Source of the DNA: Octopus sinensis
Taxonomy: Eukaryota
Reading direction: 5' to 3'
Assembly: GCF_006345805.1 (NCBI RefSeq)
Contig: NC_043014.1
Span: 26,846,001 to 26,910,000, forward strand
DNA length: 64,000 nt
Below the pieces are notes generated by a model. That model ran no database searches, was not told the origin of the DNA, and saw only the letters and a program-made list of their open reading frames with translations. Positions 52,744-63,169 of the stretch are shown here, piece after piece. A program made the translations under genes and the position numbers. Position 1 is the stretch's first letter; every line of letters starts with the position of its first letter.

Positions 52744-52969
52744 CTTTCTTGGAAGCCTGAGAAAATGTCATAGATGCAATCCTTTCTCCCTGGCAAAGCC
52801 AGAATAAAGGAAAACAAAAGAAAATGAAAAGGAAAAGGCTTCCTCAAAGCCTTTGCTAATGACATATGTAACAACTTTGATTTCAACCATGGTGTTAGTC
52901 CAAAGTTGATAAAAACTACATTTGATGCATTTTGTTTAATAAGTGACCTTTCTAATATATTTATTCCTT
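52744..52969 (-). CDS. Candidate exon(s) of a divergent TBC (Rab-GAP-like) domain gene, N-terminal half of the domain
   Basis: The open frame EGINILERSLIKQNASNVVFINFGLTPWLKSKLLHMSLAK...GRKDCIYDIFSGFQER aligns by eye to TBC1D15 RSLIEKDVNRT...PGLILLHDILMTYCMYDFDLGYVQG. A CTTACTAAC branch-like motif precedes 52969, a strong pyrimidine tract plus CAG precedes 52789, and the donor AG|gttaga is at 52744. Internal splicing is unresolved. Confidence 0.45.
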
Positions 52970-54049
52970 CTTTTAAGTTAGTAAGAAAATGGTTTGTGGG
53001 AGATTTGGTTGCTATCTTAAGCAAGTTAAGCAATGACTTAGAGGCTGACCAGTGGAAGAAATACAACATACCCACATTCATACACTGCACTTATTGTATG
53101 TCCATTTCAAGTTGTAGCACAATGTGTCACAACTGAACATTCAACTAGCCACCTACATGAGCCAAGAGAGCTTCTGTGAAGTTGCTCACTTGCCAGGAGC
53201 AGCAATCAAGTCTCTCTCAAATCACAACCTGCAAATTTAATAAAAAATAGATGAACACAATTGGATAATGCAGTCTGCAGTACACTATATTTGGGAAAAA
53301 AAGAAATTTGGTCATAGCTGAAATATCTTTGGTCATAGAACTGCTCAGTGAGGACTGAGCTAAGACTAAACAGAAACAATTAAATATTGACAGGCCATGG
53401 GCCTTATTGTATACATCTGACTGAGGATCAGCCTACAGTAAGCTACACAGCTACAACAACAATACAATAAAAGCTGTTATTGCTTAATACATCAACATAT
53501 CCCTCAACCCTTTAGCATTTAAACTGGCCATATCTGACCCAAATATTCTACCTGTTTTATGTTCAAACTCTCTAGATTCAGCCTCTTACACCTACCTTCC
53601 ACTGTCATTCAAACAATAAGCCACCACATCATGAAAATCTCAAAGCTACATGATTATCTATAAATAATTCAAAACAGCATGGATAAATAAGGATTAAACT
53701 TGACACAATAATCTAAATTCTAAAGGGTTGATGAACTTTCACATGGTTGTTCAAACTGCTAAAATTAGCCACCAAATATCTCTCAAATCACAAACTACTA
53801 TCTTTTTAAATAGAGCTGAAGGACACACTAGATAGAGTAGTCTAAAATAAATTATGTCTGTGGGAAAGCTTTTCATCATAGATTTTCTCACATACAGTTG
53901 AACTGGGATAAAACAGTAACAAGAACAGAAGCAACAACACCATATCACTTATGTTAAACAGATTTTGTGATGTAAAGGAAGGAAAAGACAGCAGCGAAAA
54001 GAGAATTACAGTAGTCTTATCTGTCAGTCTGGAAAAAGGGTCACTTTCA

Positions 54050-54920
54050 ACATCCATGTGCTGTCTCAGTCTCCAAGGTTCACTCCACGTCCACGTACTC
54101 TATCAGTTGTTGTACAGTCTCACACGTCCACTCTGATGTGCTGTCCACCACCCACTGGCCCCTTGTGCTTTGCTGATGCCACATGTCCACCGCGGAACTT
54201 CCAGTGGGATCCACAGGCCCCATTTCTGACAGGACATGCCTACTCCCTCGTTTCCAATCCTTTCCTACAACACAGCCTGACTCATAACACCACATGCCCC
54301 ACTGATCTGAAGATCATTCAACCAACCTGCCCATGCCCTATTCTCAACCCTGACCACACGCCTTAACTTGTCTCATAGTCAGCCAATCTGCGAGGAGGTC
54401 ATGGGACTTCAGGATTGGCATGTTCCTATCAGCTTCATCCTCTTATCCATTACTGTTGGTCCCATCTTCCATCGCAGTGATGACCCTGTGCATATCCAAA
54501 ACATGTCGTGGCATGCCATCTACAGATACATTGTTCCTCGAATTCACAGAGGTTATTGTCCCCTTTTACCCCTGTGATGTGCACTGCACATTTGGGGGTT
54601 TACCCCAGACTTCTTCTCCGACCTGCACAAAAGCATGCTTCTTCTCTTCTGCGGGATGTGGCGATGCAGTACATGAATGCCTCCACTCGTACTTGAATAT
54701 TGCCCTGTGTGGCACTGATTCCTCAGCCTGTCCCGTCCTGGGCAACATATTATACCAAAAAACAGCCTCAACCAGTGAGATGTGGCCTCTCTCTGCTATG
54801 ATCTTGATGGTATGATGATGCCTCTCTACAACCCCATTGCCACTTGGCCGATGTGCCACCCTGAAGAAATGGCTAACATACCACTTGTCAAGCATTTCCT
54901 CCAGCACCTCCGAGTGAAAC
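54050..54920 (-). mobile_element. Ty3/Gypsy LTR retrotransposon integrase C-terminal remnant
   Basis: HRPSGNGVVERHHHTIK...AVFWYN...P...VGEEVWGKPP...GTIT...VSVDGMPRHV. Confidence 0.85.
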
Positions 54921-55629
54921 AGACATACACAGAGTTAGATTCCCCTACTTGACCTTATTTGACCTCAGTACAACTCCACTTCATACTCTACGTCAACATG
55001 GTAATTAACAGATAAACACTTATGTTTATCATGATGTTAGGGTAGAGTAACTGATAGATAACACAGAATAATTCATAGGCAAACACATCATAATGTGTAG
55101 CTGATTGTGATGTTCTCTTATTAACAAAGCTTATGTGGCTTATGGTACATTTACATTCCTCATGAAAGTAAAGGAAGTGGATCAAGAATAAGAGTCCTCT
55201 CTGATGGATTCCCCTTTGGTTTCAACCATGAGCATTCAGTTGTTTAATCAACTGACCTATCTTCTCATTCAATTAACATGTCAGTGGCTAATTATTATAC
55301 TGAGATATATCTCATTAACCTAATTCTCAGGCTGAATTAATGTAACATAATATGTGAAATGCAATCCAAATCCGCCTTATAGATTTTTCTCAATTTCACC
55401 CATAATGTTTGGGTCATAGCCCAAGACATAGTAAAACATGGTAAAATGTACTTACTGAAGCTATCATTCAGTAATTTTAAACCTAAAATCTTATAATTGT
55501 GAAGCAGTCTTCTTAACCACCCATGACACAATCAAGTTGATAGTACTTCTTTTTTTGATTCTTTCAACAAAGATCTAATAAAGTTTGTGTTTATCAGTCA
55601 AAGAATTGTATTTTGAGAAGTAATGTTTA

Positions 55630-56540
55630 TTACCACTTAAACATGGCTGTTCTGTAGGAACCAGCATTACTGCTACTTTTAACCCTGAGAGGACACCTCC
55701 TCCAGCTGGTTATTCGATGCAATTTGCACCTGATATATAATGCAAGCAGAGGAGTGAACCCCTTACTATCTTTCTTGGGGTTAAAGATTGTGGTTGTTTC
55801 TCTTACATTTTTATTGTGTCTAAAGGCTGCAATAGGTGGCTGAGGGAATATTTGTTTGAACACCGCGCCTTAAAAAACAGCTGCAAGAGAAGTAAGCCCT
55901 GTTCATTGAACAACAACACGAGTCAAGTCAATTCCATCACAAATCATAACAGAAATGTTAAGATTTATACAGAAGGTGGAACATGTAAAGATTCCCATTC
56001 AGGGTACACAGCAGAATGCACCAAACACAACTTGATTTATGTTGGTTGTACAACAGAACAATCAAACAAAAGATTCAATGGGCATAAATATGAGGTCAGG
56101 CACAATAGCAGTAGTTTGACAAAACTTACCAAACATTTTACATCAAACAGCTGCAATTTTGAGAAACACCTGAAAATGCACAATATCAGAAAGTATTCTG
56201 ACTCTACTATGCGATCCTCAATATGCATGAGGACAAATATATTTGGGAATTATTAACATCACACCTTGGAGGAATGAATAATATGACAGGTGGATTCCAT
56301 CACATTTGCACAAATCTGTTCAGTTAAATATTCTTTTTCTTCTTTTTCTTTTCTTTTCTTTTCTTTTCTTTTTTTTTTCTTTTATCAGTTATGAAATTGA
56401 TGATGTCATTCTATCAAAATAGGCATGCAGGATTTCTTCATTTATATTTTGAATTTCTGTGTTTCTGCAGTTATTTTCATTTTACATTTTGAACCTGAAG
56501 ACAGATGATCTGTTGAAATATCATTCAAACCATTAAATAA
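55630..56540. mobile_element. Penelope-like element 3' remnant with an inverted linker, GIY-YIG and a terminal hammerhead-like motif
   Basis: The minus strand reads IFPQPPIAAFRHNKNVRE; the plus strand reads YTAECTKHNLIYVGCT...KRFNGHKY...LTKHF. Confidence 0.8.
56488..56529 (+). ncRNA. Degenerate minimal type I hammerhead ribozyme
   Basis: TTTGAAC-CTGAAGA-CAGA tga TCTG-TT-GAAA-TATC-ATTCAAA. Stem I pairs 6 of 7, stem II is 4 bp, stem III is the palindromic AUAU, and the cleavage triplet is AUC. Confidence 0.55.
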
Positions 56541-56630
56541 ACAATCTATTTCAAATCACACCATGCTCTTCTTATTGTCTATTTACATTCTTGAAGAGTT
56601 AAGTCAATTTTCATAAATTATTATTATTAT

Positions 56631-58584
56631 CTCTTTATCACAGGTTTTGTTGAAGCTCCTGGGTTTATTGAAGCTAACTAGCTGCAGCCTACAGTACCAT
56701 GCTATTCATTCTTTTCAGCTATCTAATACTTTCCTGATTATTCTGGTTCTACAAAGAAGACAAACCTCTTGTAGCAGTTCTACAGGGCACTCTATTCCAA
56801 TTCCTTTTATATTCCTCTTGATGCCTTCTGATACTGTTCCCAAGGAACCAACAATATTTGACACTCTCTTCACCTTCATTTTCTATAGCCAGGCTATTTT
56901 TGTAATTAAGAGGGTTGTATCTGTATTTTTGCCTTCTTGACTATTCATGGGTCAAAGGGGAATGCAACATCAACTATATAGCACATGTGGTGCATCTTGT
57001 CCACCACCACTAGATCCAGTCTGTTATGTTCTAGCACCTGATCTGTTTGGATTGGGAAATCCCAGAGGATTTTGCTTGTCTCTAACTTCGCCACTATCTG
57101 TGGTTTGTGCTCATACCATGTCTTGCCTCTCTCTAGCCCCAACTTTTCACACAGTTTCTAAAGTAGCACTTTCACTACCTGATTGTGTTGCCACAACTTG
57201 TAGTAGTTTAGAGCAAGTATAGAGCATTCATTTGTGATATGGGCAATGGTTTCATCCACTCTATTGCAGATATGGCAGAATGGAGACACTTGCTTACTCC
57301 TAAAGTTTATCCTCCAGTTTGTGGCTAAAGCTTGGTTTTGCACTGCCAATATAGTGCTCTCGGTCTCTATTTTTAGTGTTCCTTTCATCAGCCAATCCCA
57401 CCTATTTTTTCTAGCAACTTCTGTTGTGGTTATATGGAATTGATTGTGTAGTTCCTTCTTGCGTAATTCTTCTTCATGTCCTTTTTGCACTTCTTCCATT
57501 GTTTTTCCATTTTTCTCTGCTTTCAATACTCCCTCCTTCCTAACTGTTATTAGCAAGGTTTCTTGACTTTAGTCTAGGTGTTTCATTAAGCTCTCAAGTT
57601 TGATATGCACCCAGTCTTCCACACTTATCAGTTCTCTTCCACCATTTGCTCTTCTCACGTATAGGCGATCAGTGTCCGCATGTGGATGATAGCTCCATAC
57701 ATCATTAGGAGCTTTCTTGACTTCTTGTCCATCTCCTTCAGTTCCTCCTCTGCCCACTTAAGGATTCCAGTGCCATACTGAACTACTGCGTCTGCACACA
57801 AATTTATTATCGAAATTATGTTTCTCACATTCGGCTTTGAAGCCATTACTCTCTTTGAAGCAGGTACTCTCTTTCCATCTTTTCCTTCATGTCATTGTGT
57901 TTGATTCCTTCTGCCTCAAGTATTCCCAGATATTTATAGCTGGATAGTGGTTGAATTGCCTTCATCATTTCACCACTTGGCAACCGTATACCTTCTATTC
58001 TGAAAAGCACATTTTGAGAGTCCAAACTCAATCTTAATACCATTGGAAATATTCCACACAGACTGGACTAGGCCGTTCAGTTCTGCCTCAGTTTTTTTGA
58101 ATAGCTTCAGGTCGTCCATGAATAGCAATTGGTTCAGTTTTCCCTTACTTCTTCCCAGATCATACCCCAATTTTGTTTTCTGTAGTATTTCACTCAAGGG
58201 AATCATTCCCAGCATGAAGATCAGTGGGGACACACTGTCTCCCTGGAAGATACCTCGCTTGATTTTCACTTCTCCTAATATTTTATTCCCTACTGTCAGT
58301 TGTGTTCTCTAGCATTTCATGCTATTCTACATAAGGCTTCTCATATTCTCTGCTACATTTCCATTGTTCTTATTATCCAGGAGTGTGATATCATACTGTA
58401 TGCTTTACGATAGTCAACCCATGCCATACTCAGGTTTGTGTGTCTTCTCTTGCAGTTCCTGATAATTAGACTATCAATTAAGATCTGATCCTTCATTCCC
58501 TGGCTCCTTCTTTGGCACTCTTTCTGTTCAAAAGGTAGCAACCCACTTTTTTTCCAGGTATCTATGCAGTTCACCAGCTAACAC
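56631..58584 (-). mobile_element. 5'-truncated Dong/R4-clade non-LTR retrotransposon (RT, CCHC, RLE)
   Basis: AWVDYRKAY...RGIFQGDSVSPLIF...LLFMDDLKLF...CHIC...ETIAHITNEC...KILWDFPIQTD...NRLDLVVVDK...IVDVAFP. It is flanked by (TAA)n on both sides. Confidence 0.92.
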
Positions 58585-58605
58585 ATTATTATTATTATTA
58601 TTATA

Positions 58606-58656
<51 letters not shown>

Positions 58657-58749
58657 TTTATTTTTATTAATCAGTAGTCTTATTTTTATCACATGCTTTC
58701 AGTACACTACTGAGCAGCTCTGTGTATCTTGGGTATTTTTATTTTTACA

Positions 58750-58823
<74 letters not shown>

Positions 58824-58836
58824 CATTATTATTATT
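58585..58836. repeat. (ATT)n microsatellite blocks
   Basis: Two (ATT)n runs separated by about 100 bp of unique sequence. Confidence 0.95.
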
Positions 58837-59390
58837 GAGTGAGAGAGCAGTTCATGCCATCAAAGTGACACTGGGGTAAAATATACAAAGCCCAGCATAC
58901 CCATCATAACTACCCGTCTGATAAGAGTACACCAGGCACATGCATCACAACCAAATGTGCACGACATGGTGATCTCATATCAAGATTAACATGACCTTGC
59001 AGGTGGGGCCCAGTTAGAATTTTCTTCTGGTTGAGTAACCCATCATACTCAAAGGTCCCTGAATAAGGGTTGTTTAAGGATGATGAACAAAACACTCATG
59101 TTTCCTGAGGTGAATTATCCAAACCCCAAAGAATTCCTCTCAACATATAGTTATGATGCTTCCCCACTACTTCTGCTCATGATCAGAGATGCACATATCG
59201 TCAGCCACTAAGGGACATGCTCAACAGGTTATGGTCAGACAACTGACAAGCAAATCTGTGGTAATGCGCAGAATATTTGCTGTAGCCCATCTTTTATACC
59301 ACGACAAAACAATGTACATGATAACACTTCCAATCAGTTAAGATGAGAAGCCATGAAAGCCACTGTCTGGTACTGCATCAGGGCATTTAT
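58837..59390. mobile_element. Unclassified about 550-bp element inserted in (ATT)n/(ATC)n
   Basis: Complex sequence bounded by trinucleotide runs, with no recognisable ORF. Its repetitive status is inferred from context only. Confidence 0.35.
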
Positions 59391-59412
59391 TATCATCATC
59401 ATCATCATCATA

Positions 59413-59787
59413 GCACAGGAGTGGCTGTGTGGTAAGTAGCTTGTTTACCAACCACATGGTTCCGGGTTCAGTCCCACTGTGTGACACCTTGGGCAAGTGT
59501 CTTCTACTATAGCCTCGGGCCAACCAAAGCCTTGTGAGTCGATTTGGTAGACGGAAACTGAAAGAAGCCTGTCGTATATATGTATATGTATGTGTGTGTG
59601 TCTGTGTTTGTCCCCTTAGCATTGCTTGACAACCGATGCTGGTGTGTTTACGTCCCCGTTACTTAGCAGTTCGGCAAAAGAGACCGATAGAATAAGTACT
59701 GGGCTTACAAAGAATAAGTTCCGGGGTCGATTTGCTCAAGCATGGCCCCAGTCAAATGACTGAAACAAGTAAAAGAGTAAAAGAGTA
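59413..59787 (+). mobile_element. tRNA-headed bipartite SINE
   Basis: Near-identical to 62095-62537, with A/B-box-like motifs and a (GTAAAAGA)n tail. Confidence 0.9.
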
Positions 59788-59984
59788 TCATCATCATCAT
59801 CATCATCATCATCATAATTATTATTAAGGTGATCAGCTGGCAGAATCATTAGAGTATTGGATAAAAGGCTTTGTGGTATGTTTGCATCAGCACAATGTAT
59901 TGTTTTGTAAACTGCATTGTGTGATATTTACAGTAAACTTTCAGAGACATTTTGTCAAAACAATACCACATTCTACATATAATG

Positions 59985-60030
59985 TATGTATGTAAGAATG
60001 TTTGTATGTATGTATGTATGTACGTATGTA

Positions 60031-60062
<32 letters not shown>

Positions 60063-60540
60063 CATGCATGTGTATGTATGTGTGTATGTATGTATGTATG
60101 TATGTATGTACGTATGTATGTATGTATGTATGTATGCATGTATGTATGTATGAATAAATGTATGTATGAATGCATGTGTGTGTGTGTTCATGTATGTATG
60201 TATGTATCTGATGTGTGCAAGCATGTATGCATGTGTGTATAGATATATAGAAAGATAGATAGCTAGCTAGCTAGATAGATAGATTAGACAGACAGACACA
60301 AAGGGAGGGAGATAGGGAAGTTGGTATATACATACACCCATCCATCCACCATCCCTCCATCCATTCATGCATGCATACATATATACATACATAATACATA
60401 CATACATACATACATACATACACATACACACATACATACACAGACATGCACATACATACATACATACATACATACATACATACATACATACATACATACA
60501 TACATACATACATACATACATACATACATACATACATAAA
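59985..60540. repeat. (TATG)n array, GATA spacer, then (CATA)n array
   Basis: Seen directly in the sequence. Confidence 0.95.
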
Positions 60541-60788
60541 TTAGCATACAGACACACAGTTTGCATATATATAGCTACAATTCAACTTCAGGGGGACTGA
60601 AAAGGAGTCTAATGAAACCTGGAAATGTGATCCTACTGTTACTGATTACATGTATCTCTCTCTCCCTAACTCTTTTTCTCTTCCTCTCTTTCTTCATCTC
60701 TTTCTATCCCTCTCTTCATTTATTTTTCTATCTATCTATCTATTTATTTCTCTATCAATCTATCTATTTTTGTTAAGACTGTATATAC

Positions 60789-60820
<32 letters not shown>

Positions 60821-60861
60821 GGAGAGTATTGTAGTTTGCTTGAAGCATTGTGTATTGTTTG

Positions 60862-61189
60862 TAAAGAATAAAAAGTTTTGAATTGTGCAACAATGCACTA
60901 TAATACAGACAATGGGCTATATACCTGTTGTAATTTAGTCATCCATAGTCTGATATGATATTTCGGAATAATATTCCTTCTTCAGATATTCTTAGATGGA
61001 GTTGCTGCTATTATCAGAAAAGCCATTGGAAAACTGATTATAGCAATGACTCCATCTAAGAATATCTGAAAAAGGAATTTTATTCTGAAATATCATATCA
61101 GACTATGGATGACTAAATTACAACAGGTATATAGCCCATTGTCTGTATTATAGTGCATTGTTCTACCATTCAAAACTTTTTATTCTTTA
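60862..61189. repeat. Fold-back element with about 156-bp arms and a 16-nt spacer
   Basis: 60889-60964 (76 nt) is a perfect reverse complement of the right arm; the remaining arm sequence pairs with scattered mismatches. Confidence 0.93.
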
Positions 61190-61229
61190 TATATATATGT
61201 ATGTATGTATGTATATATAATTTAAATAA

Positions 61230-61954
61230 TAAGGGTAGAAATTGATATTAATCAATTAAAACCACTGGCTTGGCATATTTAAAAAATCCTAAGACTAAAA
61301 CTTGTGTTACATACAAAATTAAGAGGAATGACCACTAAAGTGGATACCTAATATGCTAAACATAGACGTCAAATCGCTATTACCACGAAAAGTGTGTTCT
61401 CAAGAAAAATCTCAGGATAACGCCAAAATGTAAAAATGAGCAAGACAAATGAAAATATATGGATTTTTTTTTAAATATGCTAAGCCACTGGTTTTAATTG
61501 ATTAATATCAATTTCTACTCTTATTTAATTTTAAATAAAAATATTCTCTGACCTGTAAATTGGCTGCTGAAATTTATTAACTGCAGAATAATTTCCAGCC
61601 TCAGCGTGCCAAAGTGAAGACATTTGAAAAATACACCCAAATATAATTTGTAGAACTTTATACATGCTCTATTTTGGTCGAGTGTTCTGTATCTAGTTCT
61701 GGAAATTGTGTTTTGTAAGCGACAGATTATGCTGAGGATCTTGCAGATGTCTGCATGTTTTATATATGTAGATATTAACAAGTGAAACCAATGGTATGTT
61801 GGTAATGGTTTTTTTATTTGTCTTGCTTATTTTTACATTTTGTTTTTTTGCTGAGATTTTTCTTGAGAACACACTCTTTGTGGTAATGGCGATTTGACGT
61901 CTATGTTTAGCATATTAGGTGTCCACTTTAGAGTTCATTCCTCTTAATTTTGTA

Positions 61955-61957
<3 letters not shown>
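61230..61957. mobile_element. Non-autonomous element with interleaved inverted repeats (A-B-A'-body-B') and a hammerhead-like motif
   Basis: A (61230-61289) pairs with A' (61461-61523), and B (61308-61455) pairs with B' (61811-61957). It is bounded by TA runs. Confidence 0.75.
61725..61800 (+). ncRNA. Hammerhead-ribozyme-like motif with an extended stem II
   Basis: CTGAGGA (61732)-T-CTTG...ATGTCTGCATGT/ATATGTAGATAT...CAAG-T-GAAA (61784)-CC aat GG-TA. Stem I is poorly paired. Confidence 0.55.
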
Positions 61958-61999
<42 letters not shown>

Positions 62000-62094
62000 T
62001 ATAATAATAAGGGAATATCAATTCCAGCATCACAAGGATGAGATATTCACGTTAAGAATATTAAGTTGAATTATTCTCAATAAATAAATACAGA

Positions 62095-62537
62095 GGCGCA
62101 GGAGTGGCTGTGTGGTAAGTAGCTTGCTAACCAACCACATGATTCCGGGTTCAGTCCCACTGTGTGGCATCTTGGGCAAGTGTCTTCTGCTATAGCTCCG
62201 GGCCGACCAATGCCTTGTGAGTGGATTTGGTAGACAGAAACTGAAAGAAGCCTGTCGTATATATGTATATATAATAATAAGGGTGTGTGTATATGTTTGT
62301 GTGTATAAGTGTGTGTGTATATGTTTGTGTGTCTGTGTTTGTCCCCCTGGCATTGCTTGACAACCGATGCTGGTGTGTTTACGTCCCCGTCACTTAGCGG
62401 TTCGGCAAAAGAGACCGATAGAATAAGTACTGGGCTTACAAAGAATAAGTCCTGGGGTCGATTTGCTCGACTAAAGGCGGTGCTCCAGCATGGCCGCAGT
62501 CAAATGACTGAAACAAGTAAAAGAGAGAGTAAAAGAG
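62095..62537 (+). mobile_element. tRNA-headed bipartite SINE, best-preserved copy
   Basis: GGCGCAGGAGTGGCTGTGTGG...GGTTCAGTCCC head, central TA/TG linker, and a GTAAAAGAG tail. Confidence 0.92.
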
Positions 62538-62540
62538 TAT

Positions 62541-63126
62541 ATATATCAAAGTATCATTAGAGACAGAAATCCTCATAAATTCATCAAATCAGAATATAAA
62601 TTCAGCCATTTATATTATATACAAATGCGGAAAAAATATATACTAATGAGAAGAAAATATAAAATTATAAGAATGAAAATATTTGTATATATTTTTTCAT
62701 TAGTGTATATTTTTCATTTATATATATATTTTTTTAGGCATAATTCATATTTAATTCTTAAATTAATTATGGCTAAAACTTCAGGGTTCAATGAATTTAT
62801 TTACACATCTGCATGTTTTGACATACCAGAAATTTATTTATACATCTGTATAGTTTGATATACCTGTAAGTTGAAATATATAATGATAGATAAAATTATA
62901 AATGGGGGATAGGTGGACCTGAAGATTGGGGTTGTATATAAGGAGAGGTTCAATAAGAGACTGGGTAGCTCAAGAACATAGTATACAACCGCATGAAACA
63001 CCTGTAGTCAATAACTTTGAACAAGAATAGTAAGTATTAAATATAATATTCTATGACATGTTTGAATTTATATTCTGATTTGATGAATTTACAGGGATTT
63101 CTGTCTCTAATGATACTTTGATATAT
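62541..63126. mobile_element. Non-autonomous element with 64-bp terminal inverted repeats and an internal hammerhead-like motif
   Basis: 62541-62604 and 63063-63126 match at 61/64 positions, and both ends sit in TA runs. Confidence 0.75.
62915..63010 (+). ncRNA. Type I hammerhead-ribozyme-like motif with an intact core
   Basis: GAC-CTGAAGA-T-TGGGGTTGTATA...TATACAACCGCA-T-GAAA-CA cc TG-TA-GTC. Stem II pairs 11/12, stem III is closed, the cleavage triplet is GUA, and stem I is GAC/GTC. Confidence 0.65.
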
Positions 63127-63169
63127 ATATATATATACACACACACATATATAAGACATGAATAGGCTT

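Noticed and set aside
52828-53136. About 100-codon plus-strand ORF opposite the TBC-like candidate exon
   Set aside because: Upstream sequence is purine-rich with no acceptor, part of it is a dispersed repeat (rc of atagcaaccaaatctccc), and the splice signals and motif matches favour the minus strand.
62095-62170. tRNA-like sequence with A/B boxes (also at 13201 and 59413)
   Set aside because: It is the head of a multi-copy SINE, no full cloverleaf could be folded, and it continues into the SINE body.
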